From the NCBI RefSeq assembly GCF_000155895.1, contig NZ_DS995298.1:930001-962000 (forward strand): 32,000 nucleotides of DNA. The letters are read 5' to 3'. The stretch is from Candidatus Pelagibacter sp. HTCC7211. GTDB taxonomy: Bacteria; Pseudomonadota; Alphaproteobacteria; Pelagibacterales; Pelagibacteraceae. Of this stretch, positions 27,903-32,000 are shown piece after piece. Positions within the stretch are counted from its first letter, which is position 1. Every line of letters starts with the position of its first letter. The notes under the pieces are model-generated. The model was not told where the DNA came from, searched no databases, and saw nothing but the letters and a program-made list of their open reading frames with translations. The position numbers and the translations under genes were made by a program.

Positions 27903-28113
27903 CTTCTTTACTATCTTTTTTTATTTTATTGTTGTTTGTTTCATCATCAATATCAATATTAGAAACTTCATTTTGTATGTTGTTCACATATCTTTTTGCA
28001 GTTCCTATCCAAGAACCCACTTTTTTTAACATTACTGGAAAATCTTTTGGCCCCAAAACAACAATAGCGATAGCAACAACTATTAATATCTCAAACCAAC
28101 CAATAGTAGGCAT
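27895..28113 (-). CDS. tatB: Twin-arginine translocase subunit TatB (short, 72 aa)
   Basis: It has an N-terminal TM with the conserved Glu (GWFEILIVVAIAIVVLGPKD) followed by an amphipathic helix. It lies between tatA and tatC. Confidence 0.8.
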   Translation of the reverse strand: MPTIGWFEILIVVAIAIVVLGPKDFPVMLKKVGSWIGTAKRYVNNIQNEVSNIDIDDETNNNKIKKDSKEDE

Positions 28114-28118
28114 GTGAT

Positions 28119-28319
28119 TTAATTTTTATTTTCTGAGTCTTTATTTTCTTCGGAAATATTTTTTGGCTCTGACTCATCAGTAATATCTGATGCCATTCCC
28201 TTTTTGAAACTTTTAATACCTTTAGCAACATCTCCCATTAAACTAGATATTTTTCCTCTACCAAATAATAAGACTACTAATATTACAACAATTGCTATTT
28301 GCCAAATTCCTATGCTCAT
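28119..28319 (-). CDS. tatA: Twin-arginine translocase subunit TatA
   Basis: This is a 66-aa ORF with a TM plus hinge ([17 protein letters not shown]), an amphipathic helix and an acidic tail. It is the first gene of the tatABC order. Confidence 0.85.
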   Translation of the reverse strand: MSIGIWQIAIVVILVVLLFGRGKISSLMGDVAKGIKSFKKGMASDITDESEPKNISEENKDSENKN

Positions 28320-28365
28320 AAAATCTTATAACCTTTTTATGGATAATTTAAAAGTTACTTTTTTG

Positions 28366-29067
28366 TTAATCTTTATCTTCAGTATCAAGAGTGCTATTTA
28401 ACATTTCATCAATATTGGAATAGATATCTTCTTTCTTTTCATCTTGTTTTTCTTTAAAGAATTTTCCTGTTCCAAAAATAGCATTATCTATACTTGAACT
28501 ATCAATCAATCCAGCAGCACCTAATTCATCTACTGTTGGCAAATCAGAAAGTTTTTGCAAATTAAAATGACTTAAAAATTCATCTGTAGTCACATATTGT
28601 ATAGGTTTACCCGGTACCTCTTTACGACCTCCTGGTTTGACCCAATTGAGTTCCATTAAAATTTCCAGGGTATTAGTTCCAAAAGCTACTCCTCTAATTT
28701 CTTCAATCTCAGCTCTTGTTACAGGCTGATGATAAACAATTATAGCTAACGTCTCTACAGCTGCTCTTGATAATTTTTTTTCAACAGTCTTTTCTTGTGA
28801 CATTAAATTTGAAAGTTTTGGAGATGTTCTAAAAGACCATTTATTTTTAATGCAAACTAAATTTATTCCTCGATTAGAATATTCATTTTGTAATTTTTCT
28901 AGTGATTTAACTACATTTGATTTTTTTGAGACCTTATTTTCAATTGTGTCCACATCCAATGGTTCAGCAGCAGCAAAAATTATAGCTTCGATCTCTTTTT
29001 CTAAGTCAGTTAACTTAGAAGGAAAATTAACTACATTATCTTTAATCAATTTTTCTTTTTTAATCAT
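28366..29067 (-). CDS. scpB: Segregation and condensation protein B
   Basis: This is a 233-aa ORF with tandem winged-helix pattern (IEAIIFAAAEPL ... LSRAAVETLAIIVYHQPVTRAEIEEIRGV ... GRKEVPGKP..Y.TT..FL..F.L), directly after scpA. Confidence 0.85.
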   Translation of the reverse strand: MIKKEKLIKDNVVNFPSKLTDLEKEIEAIIFAAAEPLDVDTIENKVSKKSNVVKSLEKLQNEYSNRGINLVCIKNKWSFRTSPKLSNLMSQEKTVEKKLSRAAVETLAIIVYHQPVTRAEIEEIRGVAFGTNTLEILMELNWVKPGGRKEVPGKPIQYVTTDEFLSHFNLQKLSDLPTVDELGAAGLIDSSSIDNAIFGTGKFFKEKQDEKKEDIYSNIDEMLNSTLDTEDKD

Positions 29068-29803
29068 TTATTTTTTTAATATAAATATCTCCATATAAGT
29101 TTTCCTGTTTAATCGAAATATTACCTTCTTTAACAAGCTCTAAAGATCCAGAAAAAATTCCAGCTTTGCCGGTTTTTTTATATTTAGATCCATCCTTAAA
29201 TCCTCGAGGTATCAAATCATCGATATTTTTCCAATCAATTAATTTACCAAAAAATTCTTTAATTGTTTTGATGCCATCCTCAGTTGTAAAAACAGGTAGT
29301 TTTGGAATGTTTATTCTTTGAAAGTCTTTAGTCATTATAATTGATGAATATGCTTTTAATAATTCAAACATAGTTAAATTATATTCAGAACTATAAATTG
29401 ACCTTATATTACCTTTTATTCCTCTAGTCCTAATCTCTCTACCCAATCTTTTTCTCTTAAGCATTTGATCTGATAGTAACCTGATTAATTCTAATTTTTT
29501 AAGTTGTAATTTTAACTTGTCAGCTACTTCTTGAACTTTAAATTCTTCTTCAGGATCTCCAGGTAATAATAATTTAGATTTTAGATAAGCAAGCCAAGTA
29601 GCCATTAATAAATATTCTGAAGCAATTTCTAAATTTAGATCTTTTTCTCTGGTAATATATTCATGAAATTGATCTGCTAGTTTAGTTATTGAAATTTCTT
29701 CTAAATCAACTTTTTGTGCTTTAGCTAAATCTAAAAGTACATCTAAAGGACCGCTATAATTATTTATATCAACATTAAATAGAACAGAATCAGACTCAGA
29801 CAT
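29060..29803 (-). CDS. scpA: Segregation and condensation protein A (kleisin)
   Basis: This is a 247-aa ORF. The N-terminal FSGPLDVLLDLAKAQKVDLEEISITKLADQF motif is typical of ScpA. It is paired with scpB through an 8-nt overlap. Confidence 0.85.
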   Translation of the reverse strand: MSESDSVLFNVDINNYSGPLDVLLDLAKAQKVDLEEISITKLADQFHEYITREKDLNLEIASEYLLMATWLAYLKSKLLLPGDPEEEFKVQEVADKLKLQLKKLELIRLLSDQMLKRKRLGREIRTRGIKGNIRSIYSSEYNLTMFELLKAYSSIIMTKDFQRINIPKLPVFTTEDGIKTIKEFFGKLIDWKNIDDLIPRGFKDGSKYKKTGKAGIFSGSLELVKEGNISIKQENLYGDIYIKKIND

Positions 29804-29812
29804 TCTTGGATA

Positions 29813-30763
29813 TTAACTTAAAATTTTATAAAATTGTGATGTTTTTTTAATTATAAAATTACTTATCAAGGGTGTGTTATTAGCAACAATCATCATTTCT
29901 TTTTGATTACCATTACAATGTAAAACAATGTTACAACCTGCTTTAAAAGCTTTAATAGTCTTTGTTTTCATATCTTCTTTTAAACCTTTCATAGATAGGT
30001 CGTCAGAAATAAGAATATTTTTAAATCCAATTTTCTTTCTAATATATTGAATCACTTTTTTTGAATGGGTTACCGTGTTGTGTTTATCTAATTTTTCATA
30101 AATGACATGAGCAGTCATTGCAAAATGGCAGGCTTTATTCTTAAAAGGATAAAAATCATTTTTTTCCAGAAATTTAAGTGATTTTTTAACTATTGGTGTA
30201 AAGTTGTGACTATCAACTTTAGCTAATCCATGTCCTGGAATATGCTTAATTACAGTACCAATTGAGTTTTTGTGAAAAAGTTTGATACATAAATCTCCTA
30301 TTTTAGAAACTGTATTTCTATTTTTAGAAAAAGATCTATCACCAATTATGTTACTTGCGCCTTTTACTCTTAGGTCGAGTATTGGAACGGTATTTATATT
30401 TGACCCAATTAATTTTAGTAAATATGAAGTTTTATCAACAAATAATTTATAGAATATATCGAAATTTTTTCTATTTTTTTCATAAAGACCTCCAAAATAC
30501 TCTGATGTTAAGTTATCAAATGATATTATCCTATTTAATCTATTAACCCTACCACCTTCCTGATCAATTAATATTGGATAATTTTTATCTTTAAAAATTT
30601 TTTTAATATTATCTGTAAGAGTTTTTGTTTGATTAATAGATTTAATATTTCTTGAAAATAAAATAACGCCCCAAGGCTTATGTTTTTTTAAGAAAATTTT
30701 TTCATTATTAGATAATTTATAAGATTTTAAGCCAACAATAAAAGCCTTTCTATTGCTAATCAT
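29813..30763 (-). CDS. nagZ: Beta-N-acetylhexosaminidase NagZ (GH3, peptidoglycan recycling)
   Basis: This is a 316-aa ORF with GH3 NagZ motifs IDQEGGRVNRL, KHIPGHGLAKVDSH and ISDDLSMKG. Confidence 0.88.
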   Translation of the reverse strand: MISNRKAFIVGLKSYKLSNNEKIFLKKHKPWGVILFSRNIKSINQTKTLTDNIKKIFKDKNYPILIDQEGGRVNRLNRIISFDNLTSEYFGGLYEKNRKNFDIFYKLFVDKTSYLLKLIGSNINTVPILDLRVKGASNIIGDRSFSKNRNTVSKIGDLCIKLFHKNSIGTVIKHIPGHGLAKVDSHNFTPIVKKSLKFLEKNDFYPFKNKACHFAMTAHVIYEKLDKHNTVTHSKKVIQYIRKKIGFKNILISDDLSMKGLKEDMKTKTIKAFKAGCNIVLHCNGNQKEMMIVANNTPLISNFIIKKTSQFYKILS

Positions 30764-31016
30764 TTTCTAAAAGTTTCCAAAAATTAAATTTCTTTTTCTT
30801 CTTTTTGTTAGTTTGATTTACGTATTCAATTATATCTTGGGTATCACTTTCTAAAATGGGCAAATCTTTTGAATAAATCTTTATTTTTTCTTCAATATTA
30901 TTATGTGACCGGTAAGATTTTTTAATATTTTGATCAGAGAAATAATATCTTCCTGTAAAAAATAGAAATATTCCAATAATTAGAATGAATATTAAATATT
31001 TAATTTCTTTTAACAT
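30756..31016 (-). CDS. Small single-pass membrane protein, unknown function
   Basis: This is an 86-aa ORF with an ATG start and one N-terminal TM (YLIFILIIGIFLFFTG), a charged tail and a K6 run. It is wedged between argS (1-nt overlap) and nagZ (8-nt overlap), so the reading frame fits the packing pattern. I recognise no family motif. Confidence 0.55.
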   Translation of the reverse strand: MLKEIKYLIFILIIGIFLFFTGRYYFSDQNIKKSYRSHNNIEEKIKIYSKDLPILESDTQDIIEYVNQTNKKKKKKFNFWKLLEND

Positions 31017-32000
31017 TACATTTTATCTGGTGTATCGACACCTACGATAGACATACCTGATTTAATCACATTTGAAATTGCTTTTAAAAAGACTAGCTTG
31101 TCAGGTGAGATCTCTTTTTGATCATTGATAAATCTTTTTTCCGGCTGTTGTTTTCCTAAGTTCCAATATGAATGAAATTCTGAAGCAAGTTCATATAGAT
31201 AAATTGGTATACGATGTGGTTCAAGTTTATTACTTGCTGCTTCAATACATTTTGGCCATTCAGAAACTTTTTTTAATATCTTAATTTCATCATATGAATA
31301 TTCAAATGAATAATCATCAATATCTATATTTGAGTTTAAATCTTTATTAAGATGTCTAAATACAGATGAAATTCTCGCATAACAATATTGAACATAATAT
31401 AGAGGATTATCTTTTGATTTTTCTTTAACAGCATCAAAATCAAAATCTAATTCAACATCACTACTTCTATTAAGCATAATAAATCTTGTAGCATCTTTTC
31501 CAACTTCTGTGATTAAGTCATCAACAGTTATGTAGTCACCTTTTCTTTTAGACATCTTAAAAGGTTTTTTATCTTTGATTAGTTTTACGAGTTGGCTCAC
31601 TTTACAAATTAATTTTCCTTTGGTGCCTGATAAAGCTTCTACAGATGATGAAATTCTTTTAATATAACCAGCATGATCAGCACCGAGTATATTAATTAGA
31701 TAATCAAAATTTCTATCAACTTTATTTTTATGATAGGCAACATCACTTGCAAAATAAGTCCAACTACCATCAGATTTTTGTAATGCTCTATCTTTATCAT
31801 CACCAAAATCTGTTGATTTAAACAACAACTGTTCTCTTTCAACCCAATTTTGATCATCTTCACCAGCTGGTGCTTTAATTTTACCTTTGTATACAAATTT
31901 ACTAGCTTCTAGAAATTTAATTACTTCTTCGACTTCATTATTAACAACTATATTTTTTTCACTTACAAAATTATCGTGATTAATTCCCAAACTTTTCAAA
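31016..32000 (-). CDS. argS: Arginyl-tRNA synthetase (C-terminal ~327 aa; 5' part beyond window)
   Basis: The ORF is open to the window edge. It has the class I KMSKS-equivalent region (FKMSKRKGD), the ArgRS DALR anticodon-binding domain (YYVQYCYARISSV ... EPHRIPIYLYELASEFHSYW) and the typical C-terminal Met. Confidence 0.93.
   Translation of the reverse strand, partial: LKSLGINHDNFVSEKNIVVNNEVEEVIKFLEASKFVYKGKIKAPAGEDDQNWVEREQLLFKSTDFGDDKDRALQKSDGSWTYFASDVAYHKNKVDRNFDYLINILGADHAGYIKRISSSVEALSGTKGKLICKVSQLVKLIKDKKPFKMSKRKGDYITVDDLITEVGKDATRFIMLNRSSDVELDFDFDAVKEKSKDNPLYYVQYCYARISSVFRHLNKDLNSNIDIDDYSFEYSYDEIKILKKVSEWPKCIEAASNKLEPHRIPIYLYELASEFHSYWNLGKQQPEKRFINDQKEISPDKLVFLKAISNVIKSGMSIVGVDTPDKM

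Overview
This is a strongly AT-rich window (about 70% A+T by eye, not computed) that is almost entirely coding. I call 34 protein-coding genes and 2 tRNAs. My hand tally of the ORF coordinates leaves only about 0.6 kb outside genes, and the largest spacer is about 112 bp. Gene content and order match a conserved alphaproteobacterial core. The blocks are mltB-like/rlpA-like/dac/tmk/holB/metG/tatD-family/MBL, sdhE<>recG, ssb<>uvrA, ssb-gyrA-coaD-ppi-tgt-tRNA-Lys, yajC-secD-secF, and argS/small ORF/nagZ/scpA/scpB/tatA/tatB/tatC/serS. The AT richness, the Lys/Ile/Asn-rich proteins and the many start/stop overlaps make a streamlined marine alphaproteobacterium of the SAR11/Pelagibacterales type the most likely source; this is inference, not a database match. 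I found no mobile elements, CRISPR arrays, integrases, toxin-antitoxin or defence-like cassettes, pseudogenes or large non-coding RNAs. I therefore see no evidence for a novel multi-gene system here, and it reads as an ordinary housekeeping region. The observations worth a second look are small-scale: (1) the tgt product lacks two of the three Cys ligands of the canonical structural zinc site; (2) GyrA has Gln at the Ser83-equivalent quinolone-resistance position, a Lys-rich loop in the C-terminal domain and no acidic tail; (3) an M48 metalloprotease has a twin-arginine-like, Cys-rich signal/lipobox N-terminus; (4) a SPOR lipoprotein in the rlpA slot appears to have a degenerate catalytic domain; (5) an 86-aa membrane ORF sits in the argS-nagZ slot; (6) a stand-alone membrane protein resembles the N-terminal domain of PuuD; (7) the packing leaves no room for terminators between convergent genes or for promoters between divergent ones; (8) a palindromic 10/11-mer occurs twice upstream of tRNA-Lys.
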